In this document: in pieces, positions 19,123 through 27,800 of the stretch
Position numbering within the stretch: position 1 is the stretch's first letter
Layout of the letters: each line of letters begins with the position of its first letter
From: a virus
DNA length: 64,000 nt
IMG/VR virus record: IMGVR_UViG_3300034175_000063
Span: 1 to 64,000 of that record
Reading direction: 5' to 3' (one strand)
Made by a program: the position numbers and the translations under genes
The notes under the pieces: model-generated
The model's input: the letters and a program-made list of their open reading frames with translations, nothing else
Databases searched by the model: none
What the model was told of the DNA's origin: nothing

Positions 19123-21645
19123 ATGAATCATAAAACAATCCGCGTCGTTGCCGCGGTAGTGGATACGCGCAACCTCACGCTGTACAAAGAGGACGGCACC
19201 ACCGTCGTCATCGCTCAAGGTGATGTACGCCTGCGCAAGATCGTCGAACAGGCAGCACCACAGCTGGTCCGCAATGGCTGGGCCGACGTCGACATCAGCC
19301 AGCCCGAAGAACCTTCCTATGCGGACTTTGAAAAGGAGGGCAGCGGTGCTGTGAAATTCTTTCGCATCGCCAAGTCGAAGTTGAAGCAGCTTTTTGCTGC
19401 TGAACCTGCTCCTGTCGACATGACGCCGGTGCCACCGTTGTCCATCGGTCCCGTGCCTGTGTCGGCTTCGCCGACGGCACTTCCCGATGTCCTGCCGGTG
19501 ACCCCAGCTGCTCTTACCACGGCGGCTGCACACCTGGAAATCATGCAGGCCAACGCCGACATGATCAGCGATACGCTGGGCGTGGCCCGTCAGAACTGGG
19601 TCAATGTGGTGGCAGCCGTTGCTGCGGCGCCTGGTGCTGACATCACGCCGGCACCGGTGGTGACCTCCAGCCCGTTCCCAGGTGTTGGCCAGGATGGTGA
19701 TCCACAGGTGGATGACGAGCCAGAAGAAGAGGTCATCCAGCATGAACCTTCCGAGCCGGCCGTCAAGCACACCATGAACGTCGTCAACGAAATCCTGAAG
19801 CACGCCGTCCCGGTGAGCTCGCCGGAATTCCACGAAGAGACGGTGGCCAAGCAGGGCAACGTGGTGGAAGAATCGGGTAGCACCGACAAAGGCCACGGCG
19901 ACGACAGCAAGCCCGACACCATCATCGCAGTGGTGGATGGCAAGGTGATCCCCGGTATGGAACGCATCAAGACGCAGTTCGGTCGTGCAGCGAAGCTGGG
20001 CAGCACTGCCGGCGTCGAAGCATTCCTGAAGCGCCTGGCGTCCACCATCGAAGCCCGGTCGCACTCGGTTGAAGACCTGCTCAAGTTCCTAGAGCGGGCC
20101 GATCTGCCGATCGCCGACGACGGCAGCATCCTGATCTACAAGGTGCTACGCAAGAACAGCACCACCGGCAAGTACGTGGACTGTCACACCCGCAAGGTGG
20201 AACAGTTCGTCGGCGCCTACGTATGCATGGATCCGTCGCTGGTCGACCACAACCGCAACAACGAGTGCAGCAATGGACTCCACGTCGCGCGCCGTGGTTA
20301 CATTCGCAGCTTCAGCGGCGATGTGTGCGTGTTGGCCAAGCTGGCACCGGAAGATGTCATCACAATTCCGGTCTACGACGCCAACAAGATGCGTGTCTGC
20401 GGCTACCACATCATCGCTGAGCTTTCCCAGGCCCAGTACCAGCGTCTGCGGGAGAACCTGCCGATCACCAACACCGAAGACGGGCAGAAGTTGCTCGCCC
20501 AGATGATGGCCGGCAATCACATCCGTCGCACACATGAAGTCCGTATCACGGGCGGCATGGGTGAAGGCGTGAAGACCACGGAGATCCCGGAACGCAAGGT
20601 CACCATGGCCGACATTCCAGCCTCCCTGGTTTCGGCAGCCGCCGACGCTATCGAGATCTTCGGTGACGACGAGCTCGAGCACTTCGCAGCACAGCAACGC
20701 GCAAGCGAGGCCGTGCCGGCGCCGGTGTCCGATATCCAGAATCGCGTGTTCGCCATCGTGCACGAGCAACTGGGTGTGGAGCTGGACGACATTGAGCTCG
20801 ACTCGAACTTGTCGAGCGATCTTGGTGCTGACTCGCTGGACGAAGTGGAACTGGTGATGTGCATTGAAGACGAATTCAATGTGGAGATCCCCGATGAAGC
20901 CGCTGAAAGCGTCAACACCGTGGGCGACATCATCACCTACATCGAAAAGCGTCTTGGTGTGGTGCCTGCTGCACCGGTACACACGCCGGTCAAGCCGGCC
21001 CCCGTGCTGGCAGTAGCATTGTCCAACCCGGATGGTCCGCAGTCCGACACCCCAACCGATCCATTGGACGTGGTGAAGACCGTGGCCAAGGTGACCGAAG
21101 AGGTACAGCTCTCCCGCAAGGAGCAGGCAAAGGCTCTGTACGACGCCTGGAACACCGCAGCTGACGCCGACAAGGCTGACCGCTACGCAGCCCTGCTGGC
21201 ATTCAAAAAGGCCGCCAAGAAGGGCTGGGACGTGCTGGGGATCCCTGATCCCACGGTGAAGGTAAAAGGGACCGTCAAGGTTGCCCTGGCGCCGAAGCCG
21301 AACACCACGCCAAAGCTGTTCCCTGCAGTCGAGGAAGTGAAGCCAAAGCCAGCTCACGCTGATGCTGTGGCCAAGCTCGATCGCAAGGTGGTGAAAGGCG
21401 ACAAGAGCTTGCCAGTGGCGTCCAAGACCCCTCCGATGCCGAAGGTACAGCCCCCGGCTGAAACCAGCAAGGAAGATGGGCCGCCGAAGATGCGTATCGC
21501 CAAGCTGCTGGCCATTGGCCTGGACAGTGCCGGCATCGCAGCATCCGTGCTGGCCATCAAGAAGTCAGCGAAGAAGAGCTGGGAGATCCTGGGTGTATCC
21601 GAAGCCCAGGTCGCCGAGATCTTGAAGCAGACCGGGAAGTCCTAA
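19123..21645 (+). CDS. rIIB: rIIB-like protein with an embedded acyl carrier protein domain
   Basis: rIIB core LPIADDGSILIYK...DCHT...VDHNRNNECSNGLHV...KLAPEDVI..P.YDANKMRVCGY; ACP-like segment at 20728-20955. Confidence 0.88.
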   Translation: MNHKTIRVVAAVVDTRNLTLYKEDGTTVVIAQGDVRLRKIVEQAAPQLVRNGWADVDISQPEEPSYADFEKEGSGAVKFFRIAKSKLKQLFAAEPAPVDMTPVPPLSIGPVPVSASPTALPDVLPVTPAALTTAAAHLEIMQANADMISDTLGVARQNWVNVVAAVAAAPGADITPAPVVTSSPFPGVGQDGDPQVDDEPEEEVIQHEPSEPAVKHTMNVVNEILKHAVPVSSPEFHEETVAKQGNVVEESGSTDKGHGDDSKPDTIIAVVDGKVIPGMERIKTQFGRAAKLGSTAGVEAFLKRLASTIEARSHSVEDLLKFLERADLPIADDGSILIYKVLRKNSTTGKYVDCHTRKVEQFVGAYVCMDPSLVDHNRNNECSNGLHVARRGYIRSFSGDVCVLAKLAPEDVITIPVYDANKMRVCGYHIIAELSQAQYQRLRENLPITNTEDGQKLLAQMMAGNHIRRTHEVRITGGMGEGVKTTEIPERKVTMADIPASLVSAAADAIEIFGDDELEHFAAQQRASEAVPAPVSDIQNRVFAIVHEQLGVELDDIELDSNLSSDLGADSLDEVELVMCIEDEFNVEIPDEAAESVNTVGDIITYIEKRLGVVPAAPVHTPVKPAPVLAVALSNPDGPQSDTPTDPLDVVKTVAKVTEEVQLSRKEQAKALYDAWNTAADADKADRYAALLAFKKAAKKGWDVLGIPDPTVKVKGTVKVALAPKPNTTPKLFPAVEEVKPKPAHADAVAKLDRKVVKGDKSLPVASKTPPMPKVQPPAETSKEDGPPKMRIAKLLAIGLDSAGIAASVLAIKKSAKKSWEILGVSEAQVAEILKQTGKS

Positions 21646-21650
21646 AAACA

Positions 21651-21678
21651 GAAAAGCCCCCAGTGTATCGGGGGCTTC
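21651..21678. terminator. Intrinsic terminator between convergent rIIB and the lysis block
   Basis: AAGCCCCC-N8-GGGGGCTT hairpin with an A-tract on the left (U-tract on the minus strand). Confidence 0.75.
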
Positions 21679-21716
21679 GCTGTAGATGGGATCACCTTCC
21701 TTTCGATGGGACGAAA

Positions 21717-21875
21717 TCAGTGGCCTTCGCAAGGGTGTCGGGCATCACGCCCTTCATCATTGCAGTCTGGACAGAACGGTCGGTAGACGGCGCCATTGCC
21801 GCCTTCCGGCCTTTCATCCTCTTCCTTCTTGGCTTGACCGTTGACGACGAGCAGCTGAGCAAGAAAGGACATCAT
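21717..21875 (-). CDS. Small hypothetical protein (52 aa, CPDC motif; not in ORF track)
   Basis: ATGA overlap with the o-spanin stop; MMSFLAQLLVVNG...FCPDCND...HPCEGH. Confidence 0.45.
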   Translation of the reverse strand: MMSFLAQLLVVNGQAKKEEDERPEGGNGAVYRPFCPDCNDEGRDARHPCEGH

Positions 21876-22192
21876 TTTTTACCTCCAGCGAGCGCCGCGG
21901 TGCGGCATTCGTAGTATTGACCGGCTACCCGAGCCAGCATTGTGCTGGTCGTCCCAAACAGATCATCGGATAGGAGAGACAGTTCGGGGCACGCTGCCAC
22001 CACTGTCGCGTCCGGCCCCACCTGCTTTGCCGGAGAGGGCATCGTTGAGCAACCGAAAAGCATCAGGATCATGCTTGCAATCCCGATACACAGGATTGTC
22101 TCGTACGATCGTTTCCACTTTTCCTTGAATGGTGGTATTGCGAACTTTAATTTTTGCAATTTCACTTGCGGCTCCTTGCCGTGCAATTTCAC
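21872..22192 (-). CDS. Putative o-spanin (Rz1-like lipoprotein); true start probably downstream of 22192
   Basis: Lipobox LFGC, Pro-rich, overlaps the i-spanin in another frame. Confidence 0.7.
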   Translation of the reverse strand: MKLHGKEPQVKLQKLKFAIPPFKEKWKRSYETILCIGIASMILMLFGCSTMPSPAKQVGPDATVVAACPELSLLSDDLFGTTSTMLARVAGQYYECRTAALAGGKK

Positions 22193-22331
22193 GAGTATCT
22201 TCGATAGCCTGTTTGATTTCGGCTGCTTTGGCCAATTGGCTGTCCTTACCGACGCCGGTGCCGTACCAGTACGAACCGCCTATCGAAGCCACCCAGATAA
22301 CAACTGCAGCTAACGCTGCCCACGGGTTCAT
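21963..22331 (-). CDS. Putative i-spanin (Rz-like)
   Basis: N-terminal TM helix followed by coiled coil; directly downstream of the endolysin. Confidence 0.75.
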   Translation of the reverse strand: MNPWAALAAVVIWVASIGGSYWYGTGVGKDSQLAKAAEIKQAIEDTREIARQGAASEIAKIKVRNTTIQGKVETIVRDNPVYRDCKHDPDAFRLLNDALSGKAGGAGRDSGGSVPRTVSPIR

Positions 22332-22846
22332 TGCGCCCCCATGCAGGTTTTGTAACGAGCCTGCTGGCGCTCCCATACGCCCCAGCATCGTTGATTGGGT
22401 CGACCGTTCACCAAGGTGGAACAGTCGTACCCGCCTGAGAACTTATATGCCAACAGCGCCCCGCAAGCGCCTGCATAGTCGGCCCGCAGGAGCTTGGTCC
22501 GCATGGACGAGCCCGACCAGGCGCCCGTGCCGTATTGGTAGACCCAATCCATGTAGGTGTCGTACTCGACCTGACTGAGCTGCACACCAGGCATCGAGTT
22601 GCGGAAGATGACTTCTTCCTTGGTGATGTGCACCTGGGCGACGCGCAGCGCGCGCACTGGGGTGACCTTCTGACCCATCTGGACCGGCTTGCCGTCTTCC
22701 CAGAAGGTAGAACCGTAGCCAACCGTTGGCCGGTCGTTCTTGGTGGGGATCACAGCACTGTCGGTGAAGCCTTCATGCGACACCAGGCCGATAAAGGCCA
22801 TGGCACTGAGCATGAGGCCGGCGACGGCCATACGTGGTTTACTCAT
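22328..22846 (-). CDS. Endolysin, GH24 lysozyme family, probable SAR type
   Basis: Weakly hydrophobic N-terminal anchor then HEG...TVGYGST; GACGALLAY. Confidence 0.88.
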   Translation of the reverse strand: MSKPRMAVAGLMLSAMAFIGLVSHEGFTDSAVIPTKNDRPTVGYGSTFWEDGKPVQMGQKVTPVRALRVAQVHITKEEVIFRNSMPGVQLSQVEYDTYMDWVYQYGTGAWSGSSMRTKLLRADYAGACGALLAYKFSGGYDCSTLVNGRPNQRCWGVWERQQARYKTCMGAQ

Positions 22847-23162
22847 CGACAGTCTCCTCTTCAATAACTTCGACCAGCTTGACGCGCTTCTTGGCCGAAG
22901 AGCAGTAGCCCATGCTGGCCAACATCGGTCGGATCATTTTCTTCCACAGGTATTCGCTCAACGCCAGGAGCGACAGGACGAAAGCCAGGAAAGCAGCAGC
23001 ATCGGTCCACGAGCTGATGCCAATGGCTGCCCAAACGAAGCCGATCTTGGCGCCCTGGCTGGCAACCACGTTGACGGTTGTTTCATTGAATTCGGTGCTC
23101 ATAGGCTTCGCTTTAAATGTGGTGGATGACTGGTAACCGTATTTTACCTTGTTCGTAGGCAT
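22839..23162 (-). CDS. Putative holin
   Basis: Hydrophobic helices, charged C-terminus, upstream of the endolysin; GGAG before ATG 23162. Confidence 0.65.
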   Translation of the reverse strand: MPTNKVKYGYQSSTTFKAKPMSTEFNETTVNVVASQGAKIGFVWAAIGISSWTDAAAFLAFVLSLLALSEYLWKKMIRPMLASMGYCSSAKKRVKLVEVIEEETVDE

Positions 23163-23223
23163 TATTACTCCGAAGAATGAGTTGTTTAACGGAATTGTTG
23201 GATTCCGCACAGAAAGTACGCGA

Positions 23224-23679
23224 TTATGTCTCGTTGAACTGTTCGCTAACAGACACAAGGCGCTTCACAACTTGATACAGCGCATTCGGTTCCATTCGCC
23301 ACGGCTCATTGATGAGGAGCGCGGCAGCGATTGCTTCGGAGCAGAAATATTTATCGGCGCTATCAGATACGAACCCGATTGTTAGGTGGACATTACCCCA
23401 CAGGTCGTACTTACTACCCTGGTGAACGACGAACCACTGTCGTGCAGCTGGTTCCCACTCAATTGGAAGCTCGATGAAGTCCCAATTGTCACCACCAAGT
23501 TCCATTTCTTTCCACCGAACGCCACCATCAGCAAACGACGATGAGGCACACCAGCCCCCAGGAAAGCACAATTCCACATGGCTGTAAGGCCCACGGCCGC
23601 GGGATCGAACCAGGCGGTTATATACGCCGGCGACGCCGGGCCGTGTGCCCTTATAAAAGGCTATGCGAAAGGTATTCAT
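23224..23679 (-). CDS. Permuted papain-like (YiiX/C92-type NlpC/P60) protein
   Basis: His before Cys: YSHVEL...KYDLWG...YFCSEAIA. Confidence 0.65.
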   Translation of the reverse strand: MNTFRIAFYKGTRPGVAGVYNRLVRSRGRGPYSHVELCFPGGWCASSSFADGGVRWKEMELGGDNWDFIELPIEWEPAARQWFVVHQGSKYDLWGNVHLTIGFVSDSADKYFCSEAIAAALLINEPWRMEPNALYQVVKRLVSVSEQFNET

Positions 23680-23687
23680 GCTGTTCC

Positions 23688-24182
23688 TTATGGGGCTGCT
23701 GGGTCCATGATGTTCACGTCTACATACACCGTTTTGTCTACAAAGCCACCTGAGTCCGTGACACGACAATTCATCACGCAGCTGCCGGTAAAACCAAACT
23801 TACCGACGGCGTGGCGTACCTGGCCTGTTGCCGCATTATTAGTGATCAGCGTGAATCCACCAGCATTGCTGATGAACGTCCACAGATAAGTCTTGGCGCT
23901 GCCATTACCACCGGCTGTTACCGCAACTTGTGGATACCAGTTGCCTGTATAAGCAGTGCCAGTAGCATAATCAGTGTCATCCACATCGTATCCAGCCACC
24001 GTCATCGGTGTGTAGGCCGACTTGCCATGCAGCTGCGACATGCTGATGGTTGTGCCGGCGCCCCCGGCGCCAGCCAGAGTGCGAATGCTGGCCAGATTCA
24101 GGTTGATACCGGCCTGGCCAATACCCAGTTCGATCCGAACCTGGTCCATGGAAATGGGGTTGGGGGATGCGGGCAGAGTCAT
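23688..24182 (-). CDS. Tail-fibre-associated protein
   Basis: MTLPAS..ISMDQVRIELG...ISMSQLHGKS N-terminus typical of tail-tip/adhesin proteins; lies in the tail operon. Confidence 0.55.
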   Translation of the reverse strand: MTLPASPNPISMDQVRIELGIGQAGINLNLASIRTLAGAGGAGTTISMSQLHGKSAYTPMTVAGYDVDDTDYATGTAYTGNWYPQVAVTAGGNGSAKTYLWTFISNAGGFTLITNNAATGQVRHAVGKFGFTGSCVMNCRVTDSGGFVDKTVYVDVNIMDPAAP

Positions 24183-24838
24183 TAGATCGTCTTCCCAATA
24201 ACGTTAGCCGCGGCCACGATGCGGTTGAACTGTGCTTCAGCCAGCTCGATCGTCTTCGCGTTCGAGATCAGGTACTTGTCCATCCGGAGATCTTCCAGTT
24301 CTTTGTTGGCCTTGCGCAGCTGCGCGGCCTGGCCCAGGATGATGTCGGTGGCCATGCGGTATGGGATCTTGATGTTGTCCGCAAAGCGTTTGATCCAGTC
24401 GTTCGGCACGCCGGCATAGCTGGTTGCCTTATAGCGTTTGGCTTCAGCCTCACGCTCGACATACCCCATCTGGAAGCGCATGGCCCGGCCGATAATCTCC
24501 CCGATCAGGTCATCGACTTGCTTGACCCAGGCAGCACGCCGCTGCGCTTCAGGAAGCGTGGCCATTGGCACCTCCACAGGCGGCAGCAGCTCAGCTTTCC
24601 TGGCTTCAAGCTTGGCGTTCAGCGTCGTGTACACGCTCTGGGCTGCAGCGATCTCGCCGGCCTTGTCCATATAATCGGACTGCGTGTACGGCTCTTCCCT
24701 TTCGGGAAGGGTGCATGGTGTGTGGCAGTGCGCGTCTTCGCGCATGTCACCGTCAATGGCCAGCACGGTGAATTTCAAGGCGAAGAGCCGGCCCTCTACC
24801 AGAGTAGGCTCAACGTTGACGATTTGGTGAAAGATCAT
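24182..24838 (-). CDS. Putative tail fibre assembly protein
   Basis: Directly downstream of the tail fibre; Y..REAEA..Y...W helical motif. Confidence 0.55.
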   Translation of the reverse strand: MIFHQIVNVEPTLVEGRLFALKFTVLAIDGDMREDAHCHTPCTLPEREEPYTQSDYMDKAGEIAAAQSVYTTLNAKLEARKAELLPPVEVPMATLPEAQRRAAWVKQVDDLIGEIIGRAMRFQMGYVEREAEAKRYKATSYAGVPNDWIKRFADNIKIPYRMATDIILGQAAQLRKANKELEDLRMDKYLISNAKTIELAEAQFNRIVAAANVIGKTI

Positions 24839-27800
24839 TTGGTTGCCTCGTTAATTTGTTTGCGTAGCTCGAGCACGAGCTTCACGCAGTTGTCGATCAC
24901 GCGGTCTTGCTCTTGCAGCCGCAGTTTGAGGTAGCGGATTTCTTCGCTGTGCTCTTCCGACCGGATGGCCAGCTGCACCGTGGCCACAGCCGCGGCGCCG
25001 CCGTAGTTCAGCGTCAAGAACGTCTCGCCGTCGATATTTGGCGTGCCCTCGGATACTGCATGCGGTAGGATCGCTTGCACACCTTGAGCAGACAAACCTA
25101 CCTGGGTGATTTTGCTGTCCAGGCGGTCATATGTGCCGTGCTTCACGCCGGCCCATAAAGCCACGAAGCCCTCTTGCACATCACGCCAGTTGGTCTTCAA
25201 GCGCTCGTCCGAGTAGGCCGTTACGTTGCCATATGCTGTGAAGTTCCCAGAGTGGCTGCAAGTCCAAGCCCATGCATTGTCGTTGACATAAACCCCCATC
25301 GTGCCACCGTCAGACATAAACGTGGCGTTGACGCTAGTGAAGTCGATACCAGCATAGGTGTTCGTCACGCCGGTAACTGAGATAGAACCATAAGAGCCGC
25401 GATTCAGACCAGTAGTACCGATGCGATTAATAGTGTGAGGGAAAGCCGCCAATGTATCCGCGACACGCGCGGAGTCCACACGCACACCGTATGTCCCTGA
25501 ACCATTCCAACCCATCAAGGTTGGATACGACTGCGACCATGGATTCTGTGCATTGATGCTATTGACCGCCGATCCAGAGGGTGAAGTGCTATTTGATGCG
25601 TCAAAAATCACATGGCTGTTGCCATAGTTTTTCCATCGCATCATCGCAGCCACGCCGATATCACCCGCCATATTTGACGGGTCCGTGTACACCAGATTTC
25701 CGCTATATGCGAGGAAGCCGCGCACCGATGCAGCCTGCGTCGACCGATAGTAGTTGTCACCACGTTTGCACATAATCGAGGTCACAGTACCGGCGCCGCC
25801 GTTGATGCCCTCATCAGACATCAGCATGTAGGTGCCGCCCTGGATATAGCCGTTCGCATCCCGCATCACGACTGTACTAGGGCTGGCTGCTACCGACATC
25901 GGCAGATTACCAGCGTGCCACATGTCGTACCAGGTGTTCCAGGTACTGTCGATACCGTTACGGACACGCAAGTGGGGCATACCGCCGTTCTGACCCGTGC
26001 TGCCATAAGCCATCTGATACGAACAGCTACCAGTGCTTGCAGCAGTACCATCCCAAGGTGCAAAGGTCATCACACCCGCATAACTGCCACCTGTACCAGT
26101 AGAGCCAGAGAGTACGAAGTCATAACGAACATGTTTGCCAATGGTCGGTAATTTGGTAGCTGCATCCCGATCACCATCGGCACAAATCAAATTGCCAGCA
26201 GTACCACCGATACTCAGCGCAGCAGCATTGCCAGTCAGGCCAGCACCACTACCTGTGAACACACCTGCTCCGGTCACACTTGCTACGATATTGGAAGCAC
26301 CATCACCAAATTTCGTACCCCCAGTACCCGAATAGAAACCAAGGTACACAGCATATGTACCTGTGGCGGGGTCAATATGTACATTACCATTGGTCGTAGC
26401 AACGCTGGCTGTGGATGGGCCGTATGTCGGCACATTACCGAAAAAGATATTAGCACCCCAGGTAACATTGGGGCCGGTGCTCATACCAGTTGCCGAGTAA
26501 AGCTTGCCGGTAGATGGTGTGAAGTGCAGCTTTGCTGTGTTGTACTGGACTACGTAACCACCACCACCACGATTCATCGTGAGGTATTCAACACCTGCGT
26601 AAGTTTCATCCGTGTTGATCGACACTTTGGCCGCGCCGTCCACGTTCTGGGCAGCGATATTTCCGCTGTCGATCACCGTACGCCAGGCAGTCCATACAGC
26701 CGCATTGCGACCACGGACAGCAATTTGACCAGTACGATAGTCACCGTAAATCTGATGCTGGTAGTCCCCGGAATTGTAGGCTTGGCCATACAGAGCACCG
26801 TCGGTCTGGCCCAGGATATTCATGCCAGTCACATAGGCGATACTATTCACAGTCATGCCGTTACCACCGCCAGTAAGAGCAGCAGTGGCACTTCCATTGA
26901 AGAAGTCGGTAATACCGTGAGCAGACATCGCGGTTGGCTTTGCAGTCAGCCCAGAGAACGGCATCGTGCCGGCCGAAGTAGCATAGGTGGCATTGCCGCT
27001 GATGCTGACCGTACCGCTGCTGTGGGAGATCACACCACCATAATTGAAGAAGAAACCTTCAGTCGCATTGGCGTCGGCACCACCGATGGCCATGTAGACT
27101 GCACCACCCCATGCTGCGTTGCCCGGACGATAGGCGCCGATGCTGATGTGCTGAATATAGCCTTGGCCATTCAGGATCGTGGCACCGTGCATCATTTCGG
27201 TGTAGCTGGCTGAACCGAAAGGCACCGTGGTGTTGGTAAATCCGATCGGTGCGTTGGTGCCGTTCAAGCTGGTGATCGCAGCCACTGACGTGCCGGTGCG
27301 CGTGTTCAACGAACCGGTCATGTTGCCACCAGCCAGCGGCAGCTTTGCAGCCAGGCTGTTCGTCATGGTCGTAGCGAAATTAGCGTCATTGCCCAGGGCA
27401 GTGGCCAGCTCTTTGAGCGTGTCCAGTGCAGCTGGTGAAGCATCTACCAGGGCAGCGACCTTCGCGTCCACGTAGGTGATGTTGGCCTTCAAGTTCAGCG
27501 CGTTTTGCGTGGCCGTGCTTACTGGCTTGGCCAGGTCGGTCGTGTTCTCCACGTTCGGGATACCCAGGCTGGCTAAAGTCTGGTCACCAGTGTTCGAGCC
27601 GGACAACGTGACGATGCCCAGCTTCGTGCGGATCCCCGCGCCGGTTTCGTCACCAGTATTGGTGCCGCTGATCGACGGGATCGCCAGCTTGCTCAGAATC
27701 GTAGCGTTGGTTTCATCGCCAGTATTCGAGCCGGTCAACGCCGTGGCGCCCAGCTTGGTGCGGATACCTGCCGCCGTCTCGTCGCCGGTGTTCACGCCCG

